Assembly (NCBI GenBank): GCA_040755995.1
Contig: JBFMAF010000036.1
Span: 256,001 to 320,000, forward strand
DNA length: 64,000 bases
Reading direction: 5' to 3'
DNA from: Acidobacteriota bacterium
GTDB lineage: Bacteria; Acidobacteriota; CAIWXX01
A program made the position numbers and the translations under genes. Shown piece after piece: positions 37,001 through 45,494 of the stretch (the first letter of the stretch is position 1; each line of letters starts with the position of its first letter). The notes beneath the pieces were generated by a model. That model did not search any database. It worked only from the letters and a program-made list of their open reading frames with translations, and had not been told where the DNA came from.

Positions 37001-37709
37001 CATGGCCATGACCGATGATGCAGCCGGCTCAGCAGAACAGGCACTGAAGACCGCCACCGAGATTGGCGACAAGTACTGGCAATCCGTAGGGCTGGGACAC
37101 TCAGGCGACATTCTGATGTGCAAAGGCGACCTGGCGGGCGCCGAGCTCAGACACCAGGAGGCACTCCGATTGCGGACCGAGATCGGGGAGAAGTACAAGG
37201 CGGAGGAAAGCCGGTTGGCCCTCGCAGAAATCGCCCTCGAACAGGGTAGACCCAAGGAGGCGGAACTGGCAGCGAGAAGCGCTGTCGCGGAATTCGCCTC
37301 GAGAAAGGTGTTCGAGAGCGAGGTGGCGGCGGCCGGACTCCTCACGAGGGCCCTGGTCGCACAGCGCATGGTCACAGCAGCACGCGCGGTCATGCGCGGG
37401 GTACAGGACCGGGCCATGAGTAGCGAGAACCTCTTCGCGCGACTGATCCTCAGTCCTACGATGGCGCGCCTGTACGCGGCAGAGGGTAACACAGCCGAGG
37501 CGCTGGCGCGTCTGGCGATCGCGATCAAAGAGGCAAAGGCCGCAGGCTTTGCCCGGATTGAACTGGAGGCTCGGCTTGCACAGGCCGAAATCGAGGTGAG
37601 TTCTGGGCACTCCGAAGGGCAGGCCCACCTGGAGGCCCTGGCGCGGGACGCGTCGGCCAGACAATTCAACCTCATCGCCAGCAAGGCCGCGGCGCGCCGC
37701 GGTGAATAG
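34005..37709 (+). CDS. Hanks-type Ser/Thr protein kinase with TM helix, TolB_N-like domain and TPRs
   Basis: MTPERW start, RGGMGEVY, VAMK, HRDLKSSN, DFGMA, GTPAYMSPEQ; long TPR tail. Confidence 0.93.
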   Translation: MTPERWLEIRELFRVAVELPPGRREQYLAEHCKGHPALQHEVDSLVAALQEDPDFLHQPAVEQLSSGSAEGAAAHPEFTAGELVAERYKIVRFVARGGMGEVYEAEDTELRTRVAMKTIHSAVADPVHAIARLRREVNLARKIAHPNVCRVFDAGRHRTRTTDGRTKDTVFLTMELLEGETLAQRMARDGPLRFDLAVRILAQVAEALHAAHTLGIVHRDLKSSNVMLVGPPGGDDVRASVTDFGMARGISPLFEHTETITASGQIVGTPAYMSPEQVEGKEVSPASDIYSLGVVMYEMATGRRPFVGDTPLSTALKRLTQAPPSPRVHTPDLDGRWETAMLRCMQRDPRERFTTPLEVVRLMRGESVPVSRKVRIRRWTAAAAVLLAAILGSVSLWLMTASPRTPRPSVAVLGFRNLSGQQDTRWLSKAFSEMLNTELGAGEKVRLVPDEVVERSKTELGLRGADSLTEDALARLRANLNADFVVVGSYVALARGGSTQIRLDTRLQDTRSGETIALHSETGTEDDLFGIVARSGRELRVNLGVPDPSSSEIGSIHAALPANIEAARMYADGLELLERFDALAAREKLEKAVSLDPRFALGHAALSEAWKTLGYDARAAREAKNAFELSGGLPREDRLLVEARHREAAGEWDQAIKISAALFTFFPDSIEYGLQLADLQTTSGAAGEAMATLRETRALPAPARDDPRIDLAEARAAASVADYHRQLALATRAGETGQARGAKLLVASARLAEADAMWRLGSRTQARSAAEAARALYDGVGDTVGSARCSLMIGNIIADQGDTAGAWRAYQDAAIMFRNIGNKAGEARALASIGDLCRSLGNVAEAKSLTRQALALFQELEDRRGVAGCLNTIATDIWSEGDLGAALRVYKESLGLARALNDGHSVSTMLNNEASILTEMGRLTEAADRLQEALDTSTAIGDQAVIVGTLINLGNVLWSKGEPAKARTMLEQAIAICRNTGHKTFLVRALSNSAGLLLDMAMTDDAAGSAEQALKTATEIGDKYWQSVGLGHSGDILMCKGDLAGAELRHQEALRLRTEIGEKYKAEESRLALAEIALEQGRPKEAELAARSAVAEFASRKVFESEVAAAGLLTRALVAQRMVTAARAVMRGVQDRAMSSENLFARLILSPTMARLYAAEGNTAEALARLAIAIKEAKAAGFARIELEARLAQAEIEVSSGHSEGQAHLEALARDASARQFNLIASKAAARRGE

Positions 37710-37801
37710 GAGGCGCTCCCGGGTCTTCGGTGCGCGACCAGCGCGGGGCGGATGCCAGGCCCCCGTCGCATGCACGCGGTTCTACCCGACAGGGGCCCGG
37801 A

Positions 37802-37924
37802 TTCGTCCCAGCGGTGAATAACTCGGCCGTGTTGCTGCTGGGCATTTGCAGGATGGATGATCCGGCCAGCGCCGCGGAACTGGCACTAAGAACTGCCATA
37901 GGTACCGGCGACGAGTACTGGCAG
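37802..37924 (+). pseudogene. Diverged partial copy of a kinase TPR segment
   Basis: NNSAVLLLGICRMDDPASAAELALRTAIGTGDEYWQ versus SNSAGLLLDMAMTDDAAGSAEQALKTATEIGDKYWQ encoded at about 36975-37082. Confidence 0.65.
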
Positions 37925-38185
37925 GCCGCCGCTGCGGTCCGGCAAAGACTCGCGTCAGCGCGCCGGGCTTGTCCTGCATTCGAGTCGCCTCGCAGCAGCC
38001 CCACGGCATCGTCCGCGTCGACCAATGGAGGTCGTGTTGACCGGTTTTCGACCGATTTGCGCTTATGCATATGGGATGGGATGGCATCAATCTGAGCCCG
38101 GCCCCGATCTGGGTTGTATGCTTGGGGCTTACTTCCTCAGGATCGGGGCTGCAGTGTCAAGTCTACCAAGTATTGGAGGTCGATC

Positions 38186-38372
38186 ATGAAACAACACCAC
38201 ACTCCGTCGAGCAAACCCCCGCGGATCGTCATGACGGCGGTCGCTGCACTGTTTCTCAGTTCCCTCGCTGCGGCTGCGACGCAACCTTTGGCCTCGCTAC
38301 AGATCGATCCGTCTGGCAAGTTCGTATATGTGGTCAGGCCTGGGACTAACTCGGTCTTGGGATACACAGTCA
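38186..38372 (+). pseudogene. N-terminal remnant of a secreted lactonase-like beta-propeller protein
   Basis: GGAGG RBS, signal peptide, one blade (IDPSGKFVYVVRPGTNSVLGYTV), then loss of similarity. Confidence 0.45.
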
Positions 38373-38601
38373 GTACTCGCCTCCCTGAATCATCAATGCG
38401 TTGGGGACCCGCCTGTTCCTCACCAACAACACCGGTTCCATGGTACGAGGTTACACAGTGGATGTTGAGACGGGCGGACTGCTCCCCGGGCCGGTGGTGG
38501 TCACGCCCTGACGGCCTTGCCGCTCCTGGCAGGAGACGGCGCGCGGGCTGTGTGGCAATCGTCGGTTCCCGAAAGCCAAGTCATAGAAGGAGGGTAGTCT
38601 C

Positions 38602-40425
38602 ATGAGAACAGAATGTCTTTTCTACGTTGGTCTTGCGACGATCCTGGCGACCTCCGCGCTGGCGGCAGGCGCCGGCCTCAAGCCGCTTGACGCCGCGCAG
38701 TTGGCGCGGATAGAAACGCTCCAGGCTGAACGCGCGGAGACGGCAGAAGCTTGGGTTTCCGCCAAGCGGCACGAGCTTGGCCTAAACGAGAGCTCTGGCT
38801 TCAGAGCAAGAAATGCGCACACCGATGAGTTCGGCCAGACTCATGTCCGTTTCGATCAATACTACAAAGGAGTCCGTGTCCTGGACGGAGAGATCATAGT
38901 GCACCTGGACGCAGACGGGAGACCGCTCAAGCCTACCTCTGCTCTGTGCGCCGGAATCGATCTCAGCGTGACGCCGACTCTGACCGGAGAAGTAGCAGCG
39001 CGGGTAGCCGAAGACGAGTTGGCGAAAGCAGGCGAGTGCTTCACGGATGGAAACGAGCTGGTCATCTACCCAGTTGTCCAGGTGGCGGTCAAGCCGTCCC
39101 GGTCTGGCGTTCGGAGTGATGACCTACGCGCCAGCGACATGATGCGAATGGTAGGTGGGTACGAGTTGGCCTATCTTGTCGAGACAATCGTGCAGGGCGA
39201 TTCAGGAGCCTTCCACAGGTTTGGCACGCTGGTTGAGGCCCACACCGGCGCAATCTTGAGACAGCAGGACCTGACCGTCAAGCTGTCAAACCACACGGCA
39301 CCACCGTCAGTATCGCTTGGTTCTCTGGACCCATGGCCCGTGACAGGTACGGGCAAATCCCTTTACAGTGGCAAAGTAAGTGTGTCTGCGTGCTTCTATG
39401 GTGCTCCCACTTGGGTCTCTCCCTTCTACTTGCAGGACGTGACCCGCGGGAACACGACCACTGTCGACGCCATGCACCGAGAGGATCGTTGGGTATGGGA
39501 CAAGAACTGCCAGTGCTTCCTGTGGACTCCTGTGTTCGACCCGATTTACAAAGACCCCGACAATACCTGGGGAGACTACGGCTGGTTCTGTCATGGGATG
39601 AACACGCAGTCGGACCGTGGCCAGACGGCCGCTGTCGACGCCCACTACGCGGCGCAGGTCACGTGGGACCTGTTTCAAAACGTCTTTCGACGCAACGGGT
39701 TTTCTGGAAACGGCTCGGGCGTTGTGATCCGTGTGCACTACGGCCAGATGCTCAACGATGCCATGGTGGACCTGAATTCCGGCTTGGTGGCGATAGGCGA
39801 TGGGGATTGCATCCGCACTAGGCCCTGGGCATCCATAGATGTGGTGGGGCACGAGCTGGGACATCTGTTTGAAGACTCATGCGTTGGGCTCTGGTGGGGA
39901 GGTTCCGAGGCACACGCGCTTGCCGAGGCAAATGCCGATATCATCGCGACACTTGCCGAATTTTACGCACGAGGGGCTGGCGGAAAGGGCCAGACGATCC
40001 CTAACGCCGGTGGCAACTGGACACTTGGCGAGCAGATTGTGCTCAATGGCGGCGCCCTGCGCTACATGATCAAACCGAGCCTGGATGGCCAGAGCCCAGA
40101 TGCCTGGAGTCCTGCCCTCGCAAACATCGCAGACCCACATATCAGCGCCGGCCCGATGAATCGGGCCTTTTACTTCATGGCACAGGGGGCATCTGCCGAT
40201 CCCAATTCCCCGGCGTACTCCCCGTATCTTCCGAGGGGCATGGCGGGGATCGGCAATCACAACGCGGCGCGTATCTGGTACCGCGCGATGACGGTATATC
40301 TCACCAAGAACGCCACCTATCTGGACGCACGCGCCGCGTGCATGATGGCGGCGAAGGATCTCTACGGCCGCACCTCCACGGCGGTGGCGGTGCCCAGGGC
40401 CTTCACGGCTGTGAATGTGAACTGA
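38602..40425 (+). CDS. M4 family metallopeptidase (second copy, no C-terminal accessory domain)
   Basis: HVRFDQYYKGVRV propeptide, AAVDAHY, VVGHELGH, ALAEANAD, DPHISAGPMNRAFY; AAGGAGG RBS. Confidence 0.9.
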   Translation: MRTECLFYVGLATILATSALAAGAGLKPLDAAQLARIETLQAERAETAEAWVSAKRHELGLNESSGFRARNAHTDEFGQTHVRFDQYYKGVRVLDGEIIVHLDADGRPLKPTSALCAGIDLSVTPTLTGEVAARVAEDELAKAGECFTDGNELVIYPVVQVAVKPSRSGVRSDDLRASDMMRMVGGYELAYLVETIVQGDSGAFHRFGTLVEAHTGAILRQQDLTVKLSNHTAPPSVSLGSLDPWPVTGTGKSLYSGKVSVSACFYGAPTWVSPFYLQDVTRGNTTTVDAMHREDRWVWDKNCQCFLWTPVFDPIYKDPDNTWGDYGWFCHGMNTQSDRGQTAAVDAHYAAQVTWDLFQNVFRRNGFSGNGSGVVIRVHYGQMLNDAMVDLNSGLVAIGDGDCIRTRPWASIDVVGHELGHLFEDSCVGLWWGGSEAHALAEANADIIATLAEFYARGAGGKGQTIPNAGGNWTLGEQIVLNGGALRYMIKPSLDGQSPDAWSPALANIADPHISAGPMNRAFYFMAQGASADPNSPAYSPYLPRGMAGIGNHNAARIWYRAMTVYLTKNATYLDARAACMMAAKDLYGRTSTAVAVPRAFTAVNVN

Positions 40426-40559
40426 TAGGCAAGTCCCTAACCCGGCAGAGCCGGAACCAAAGAGGGCGACGGTGTTGCCTGGCCTGCGCCTCCGAACCTC
40501 TCAGGAATGCGGGAAGAAAGGCGCACTCACGGCTACACCAGCGGCGCGCGGACGGGGGC

Positions 40560-40863
40560 GCTCAGGGTCGTGGTTTCGGGCCAGAATAGCAACCCCTGGG
40601 ACTTCATCGTGCTGCCGGCCAACGGAAATGTGGAGCCCACGTCCGGCCCGGCATCCGGCGGTACTCGCGTCACGATCCTAGCCCCGGCGGGCACGTCGGG
40701 CACGCAATTCAACGTCCTCTTCGGCTCGACCGTCGCGCGAGAAATCCAGTTCATGCAGCCGAACATCATCACCTGCGACAGCCCTCCGGGCACGGGCACC
40801 GTCGACGTGAAAGTGACGTCGAGCGTCACATCGACAACGGTCGGTACATTCTCCTACCGGTAG
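40560..40863 (+). pseudogene. Orphan IPT/TIG-domain C-terminal fragment
   Basis: VEPTSGPASGGTRVTI...ITCDSPPGTGTVDVKVT...FSY; no convincing start or signal peptide. Confidence 0.55.
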
Positions 40864-41222
40864 CGGTCCCTCCCGGCTGCGGACGCACGCTGCCTCCCCG
40901 GGGCAAGAAGAGCTCGTCGTGGGGGTGCGATGTCATGGGCCCCTTGCCGTGTGAATGATCACGCACTGCCCTGTCGTCCCGCTTCGTCTCAACGGCGATT
41001 CCAGTTGCAGGTATCCTCACTCTCCAGCGTCATAGCGCTCATCGTGCCATTCGCGTCCAGTCTCTGAAAAGCGCCATCGGCTACGGTCACGTCTTCGGCC
41101 TTCAGCCCGGTCACCCGAATCAGTGAATCAGTCCGAGGAATTGACTCTCTGGCTGCCGATCGATACACTGGTCGCCGTCGCCGGTTATCGAACAAGGACC
41201 GGCACAGGAGTGGGCCCATTCA

Positions 41223-43193
41223 ATGACAGCTCCAGGGGAAGCGAAGCTCAAGCATCTGTTCCAGCCTGGACGGATCGGCAGGTTCGTCACAAAGAACCGG
41301 GTCAAGTACGGTGCCTGCTGCGTCTCCAACTACAACACCCGCGACGGGTTCATAACGGAGCGCGAGCTGGCGCGCACGCGCGTAATCGCTCAGACCGGCT
41401 GCGGCATCATCACAAACCAGGGGGCCTATCCCGACCCCGCCGGCGAAGGCAAGGCGTACTTCCGGCAGGTCGCCATCTACGACGACAGGTTTCTCCCGCA
41501 GTTTGAAAAAATCGCAGGCTACATCAAGGAGGCCGGCGCCGTCGGCATTCAACAGATTCTGCACGCCGGGCGTTACGGCGGCATAGACCTGGGCTATTGC
41601 GTGCAACCTTCCGACGTGCCGCAAACCCTGCCGCACTTCAGACCGCCGCGGGTGCTCACGGTCCAGCAGATCCACGACATCGTCGGGCAACATGCCGACG
41701 CGGCCCGGCGCGCTATCCGCGCCGGATTCGACGGCACTGAAGTCACGAGCTTCATGGGATACCTGCTGGCCAACTTCAACTCCCGCTTCACGAACCAGCG
41801 CACCGACGAATACGGCGGCTCGGTCATTAACCGCGGCCGCTTTATGCGCGAGCTGATCGACGCCATCAAGCAGGCGACGCCCGACAACCCGCTCATCATC
41901 CGTCTGAACGGCGACGAGCTGATGCAGCGATGGGGCGGCAGCACCGAAGACGAATGCTACGAGCTCATGCAGCAGGCCGTCGATTGCGGTGTCGACATGA
42001 TCTCCGTCACCGTCGGCTGGCAGGAGGCTCCGGAATCATCTATCGGCCGCGACATTCCACCCGGCTACTGGAATTACCTCTCGGGACGCGCCAAGAAGAT
42101 GTTCCCCAATACCCTGATCGCTTTCGGCAACCGCTTGCCCGACCCGCGCATGGCCGACGACTGCATCCGCGACAACGTTTTCGACTTCTGGGAAGTCTGC
42201 CGCCCGCTGCTGGCCGACCCCGAGCTCATTCACAAGGCTGCCGAAGACCGCCTTGAAGAGGCTCGTCACTGCATCGGCTCCCTCAACTGCCTCTCGCGCC
42301 TCTTCCGCGACCTGCCTTACACCTGCACCATGAACCCGGCTCTGGGGCACGAAGGCGAGCCCGAGTATCAGATCAGGCAGGCAGCGGTTCGAAAGAAGAT
42401 CATGATCATCGGCGCCGGCCCGGCAGGAATGGAGTGCGCCATCACCGCGGCCGGGCGCGGTCACGACGTAACCGTCTTCGACAAGGCCGGCCGCATCGGA
42501 GGAAGCCTCGCAGCCTATATCGACAACGATCTGGCGCGGCCCGAGGATCTCAGATCAGTCATCGCGCACCACGAGGTCATGGCCAGAAAGCTGGGCGTCC
42601 AGATTCGCCTCAATACGGAAGTCGAAGCCAAGTTCATGCGCAGCGTGCTGCACGAGTACGATGTGGCGGTCGTCGCCGCCGGCGCGAAGATGGATCGCGA
42701 TGCGTGGCGAACGGTGGAGGGGCATGAGCTGATCGTGGATATCGCCGAGGTGGCACATCGCCGCGTGCAGCCGGGATCGAGGGTGGTTGTGATCGGTGGT
42801 GGCAAGATCGGCCTGACCGTTGCGGAGTACCTCAAGAAGAACGGGACGCACGTCACCGTTCTCGAACAGTCCAGGCGCATAGCCGGGGATGTCAAGCCCT
42901 CTTTCAAGTGGCGCCACTCGTCGTGGGTGGAGGAGCTGGAGATTCCTTGTCTCACGAGCTCCCGGCCCGCGAAAATCACGCGCGAAGGCGTCAGCGTGAT
43001 CAATGACAAAGGCAAGGAAACGTTCGTGCCGGCAGACATGGTGTTGTTTGCGGCGCCGCGCAGGCCCAACCAGGAGTTGTTCCACGAATTCGAGTGGATG
43101 ATCGACGAGCTTCACGGCATCGGCGATGCGCTCATCCCCCGCGGCCTCGAACAGGCCATTCACGAGGGATACCGGCTGGGCGCGAGGATCTAG
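41223..43193 (+). CDS. NADH:flavin oxidoreductase (old-yellow-enzyme barrel + Fe-S + FAD/NAD domains; FadH-like architecture)
   Basis: QILHAGRY, AGFDG, RTDEYGGS..NRGRF, RPLLADP, IIGAGPAGME, VIGGGKIG. Confidence 0.9.
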   Translation: MTAPGEAKLKHLFQPGRIGRFVTKNRVKYGACCVSNYNTRDGFITERELARTRVIAQTGCGIITNQGAYPDPAGEGKAYFRQVAIYDDRFLPQFEKIAGYIKEAGAVGIQQILHAGRYGGIDLGYCVQPSDVPQTLPHFRPPRVLTVQQIHDIVGQHADAARRAIRAGFDGTEVTSFMGYLLANFNSRFTNQRTDEYGGSVINRGRFMRELIDAIKQATPDNPLIIRLNGDELMQRWGGSTEDECYELMQQAVDCGVDMISVTVGWQEAPESSIGRDIPPGYWNYLSGRAKKMFPNTLIAFGNRLPDPRMADDCIRDNVFDFWEVCRPLLADPELIHKAAEDRLEEARHCIGSLNCLSRLFRDLPYTCTMNPALGHEGEPEYQIRQAAVRKKIMIIGAGPAGMECAITAAGRGHDVTVFDKAGRIGGSLAAYIDNDLARPEDLRSVIAHHEVMARKLGVQIRLNTEVEAKFMRSVLHEYDVAVVAAGAKMDRDAWRTVEGHELIVDIAEVAHRRVQPGSRVVVIGGGKIGLTVAEYLKKNGTHVTVLEQSRRIAGDVKPSFKWRHSSWVEELEIPCLTSSRPAKITREGVSVINDKGKETFVPADMVLFAAPRRPNQELFHEFEWMIDELHGIGDALIPRGLEQAIHEGYRLGARI

Positions 43194-43195
43194 TT

Positions 43196-43609
43196 GTGAA
43201 GAAGATCCTGCAGCCGCCGGGATGGAACCAACCGAAAGGCTACAGCAATGGTGTGTCGGTTCGCGGGGAGTTGGTTTTCGTGGCCGGACAGGTTGGATGG
43301 GATGAGCAGGGACGGTTTCGGACCGACGACCTGGCCGGTCAGGTGGAACAGGCATTGAAGAACGTGGTCGCGGTGCTGGCAGAAGCCGGGGCGCGGCCCG
43401 AGCATATTGTGCGCATGACCTGGTACCTTGGAGACAAGGATGAATACGATAGGGCGCAGAAGGACCTGGGCCGCGCCTTTCGAAGGATCATCGGTGACTA
43501 CGGTATTGCGATGACGGCGGTGCAGGTGGCGGGTTTCGTCGAGCCAGGCGCCAAGGTCGAAATTGAAGTGACGGCCGTTGTTCCCGACATCGATGCCAAG
43601 GGAGAGTGA
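43196..43609 (+). CDS. RidA/YjgF family protein
   Basis: LQPPGWNQPKGYSNG, VFVAGQVG, KVEIEVTAV; start GTG 2 nt after the upstream stop. Confidence 0.9.
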   Translation: MKKILQPPGWNQPKGYSNGVSVRGELVFVAGQVGWDEQGRFRTDDLAGQVEQALKNVVAVLAEAGARPEHIVRMTWYLGDKDEYDRAQKDLGRAFRRIIGDYGIAMTAVQVAGFVEPGAKVEIEVTAVVPDIDAKGE

Positions 43610-44072
43610 GGGCCTCATTTGCCGGAGTCCTGGAATGCAAGCCCGTGATTCAGCGAGCCAGCAGGTGTTCGGCGAGCTCGGCCCGTGGCAGGCGATGCTG
43701 GAACGCAACAGCGAGCTTTTCTCCGGGGTGCAACCCGGCGCCAGGATCGGGATCATGCCGCGCAGCGCACCGGGCTCTGCAGAGCAGCTCATGTTGGTAT
43801 GGCAGGTCGCAGAGGGCGGTATCTCGGCGCGATTCGAGCTATTCGACGGCATTCCTTCGATCAAAGCGGATCTCCTCCTGGCGGCTGACGCAGATGCCAT
43901 GACTGCGATTCGCGACGCTCTGAGCGGAGACATCCTGGCTGCGATGAAGCGACAGATCCGGCGAGGCGGCATTCTGGTTTACGTGCTCCGAACCAAGCGC
44001 CAGCTTCAGGACGCCGGCTACGAAGATCTTCTCGACTCTCTCGGATCAGGCTACCTTGGTGCCTGCCGGTGA
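43578..44072 (+). CDS. Hypothetical protein (start uncertain)
   Basis: Fills the operon gap; GTGA overlap with the next ORF; ends in GACR. Confidence 0.6.
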   Translation: MFPTSMPRESEGLICRSPGMQARDSASQQVFGELGPWQAMLERNSELFSGVQPGARIGIMPRSAPGSAEQLMLVWQVAEGGISARFELFDGIPSIKADLLLAADADAMTAIRDALSGDILAAMKRQIRRGGILVYVLRTKRQLQDAGYEDLLDSLGSGYLGACR

Positions 44073-44269
44073 TCTTCTACAATCCCGCCGGCGCCCCCGA
44101 GCTCGCCTGCGAACAGTGCGGTTGCCGCTGGTTCGATCGCACAAGCAATAACAGGTGCTACGAATGTGGCACCGAGGTACCCGCGGAGTCGATTGCGGAG
44201 TTCGAGCGCGCGCTGAAGGAGTTTTCCGCTCGACGCGAGACACGGCCAAGGACAGATGATAGGCTGTAG
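44069..44269 (+). CDS. Small zinc-ribbon/metal-binding protein
   Basis: CEQCGC...CYECG in 66 aa; translationally coupled to the upstream ORF. Confidence 0.65.
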   Translation: MIFYNPAGAPELACEQCGCRWFDRTSNNRCYECGTEVPAESIAEFERALKEFSARRETRPRTDDRL

Positions 44270-44657
44270 GCTATTAGGCGCGTTAGCGCCTAGTCTTTAC
44301 CAACATGTTGTCAGGTACGAGGCGACGAAGAACTCGTTGCCGTTGACGTCGCCGTCGTCGTGGTCGAACCCGTGGCCGTCGCCGACTACGCCGACGCCGA
44401 CTGAAACGGCTACGTCAACGCCAACGGATACGGGACAGGCTGCGAACGGAGTGAGCCGCTTCTTCCGCGCGAAATCGCGGAAAAAGCATAGACTGTCAGC
44501 TGGCCTGCACAATAGCCTATCAGCCTGGAGACGGGCGGCCTCCGGATGCGGGTTCGTGCGATGCACCGCGCTGTGGACTCGGCAGGAACGCGTGATTCGG
44601 TCGAGCCATACCCAGGCGCGGGTACGCCCCAGGTTCACTTCCGGTGTGTGCTGTCAA

Positions 44658-45155
44658 TCAGCCGAGTTGTTCGATCGCCATTTCCACGATGGCGCGGGTC
44701 ACGAACAGACTACTGACAACATAGAGATCCAGAAGATGTTGCCGAGCCGTTTCGAATGAGAAGATCCGCTCGCGGAACGCACGAACCACAACGCCGAGGG
44801 ACCCGATTGGCGTGAGACCCAGTGTCTCGGCTGCCACCCGAGCTGCCAAGTCGTCGGTGAGAATGAGCGTCAGATGCAGTCTGCTGCACAGGTGCAAGCA
44901 GGCCAGCTCCCCGGCCTGAAGACCTGTGAAGGAATGTGCCAGCACAAACTGATGGATCTCCGGCCCCGCAAGCGGATGGCGTTTCAGATTCCTCATGTCC
45001 AGAAGCAGTTCCGCATGAAGTCGCCCCTCACGCACTGCTTCGTCCCAGACCCCATCGAGTACATGCAGCTCCTCGAAAACCCCAAGAGCGGACAACGAGT
45101 CGATTTCCCAGAGGTGGATCAATGGGCCGGCGTCGACTACCGCTTTGTCGCCCAT
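44658..45155 (-). CDS. PIN-domain toxin (DUF3368-like)
   Basis: VVDAGPLIHL, LQAGELACL, LTDDLAAR, IGSLGVV. Confidence 0.85.
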   Translation of the reverse strand: MGDKAVVDAGPLIHLWEIDSLSALGVFEELHVLDGVWDEAVREGRLHAELLLDMRNLKRHPLAGPEIHQFVLAHSFTGLQAGELACLHLCSRLHLTLILTDDLAARVAAETLGLTPIGSLGVVVRAFRERIFSFETARQHLLDLYVVSSLFVTRAIVEMAIEQLG

Positions 45156-45385
45156 GCGAGGTCGGCTTGCATCGCAGCGTGCTGCCGCTCGGCGAGCTCT
45201 ACCCAGTCAATCCCAACAGCGGACACGGCCTCGTCACGAGTCATCTGGCCTCGGAGGTACTTCCCGAGGATCCGATCTCGCCAAAGGCTGCGGATGCCGC
45301 ACTCGAAGGCAAGAGCTATCACCTCGGCCTCAGACTTGTGTAGTTCCTCGCTCAGTGTCTTGATGTGAGCCAGCGCGTCTTGCAT
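45137..45385 (-). CDS. Cognate antitoxin
   Basis: 82 aa, overlaps the PIN start; KYLRGQMTRDEAV motif. Confidence 0.7.
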   Translation of the reverse strand: MQDALAHIKTLSEELHKSEAEVIALAFECGIRSLWRDRILGKYLRGQMTRDEAVSAVGIDWVELAERQHAAMQADLAWATKR

Positions 45386-45494
45386 CGGACCACTCCGGTT
45401 TCCGAACCCATTATAGCACGCGCAGCGGCGCGCCGTGCTCTCTCCGCGCTCTGGGGGCACCTGTCAGACCCCCAGCTCTCCTCCTGGACCGCAT

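Noticed and set aside
36975..37924. DGR template/variable repeat pair (kinase TPR duplicate)
   Set aside because: Differences are not adenine-specific and there is no reverse transcriptase in the window.
40989..41219. Minus-strand ORF with VTGLKAEDVTV resembling a VWA-associated N-terminus
   Set aside because: The match is too short to call.
44256..44640. Thr/Pro-rich ORF
   Set aside because: Only a low-complexity linker-like stretch with no start context; it may be a remnant but cannot be supported.
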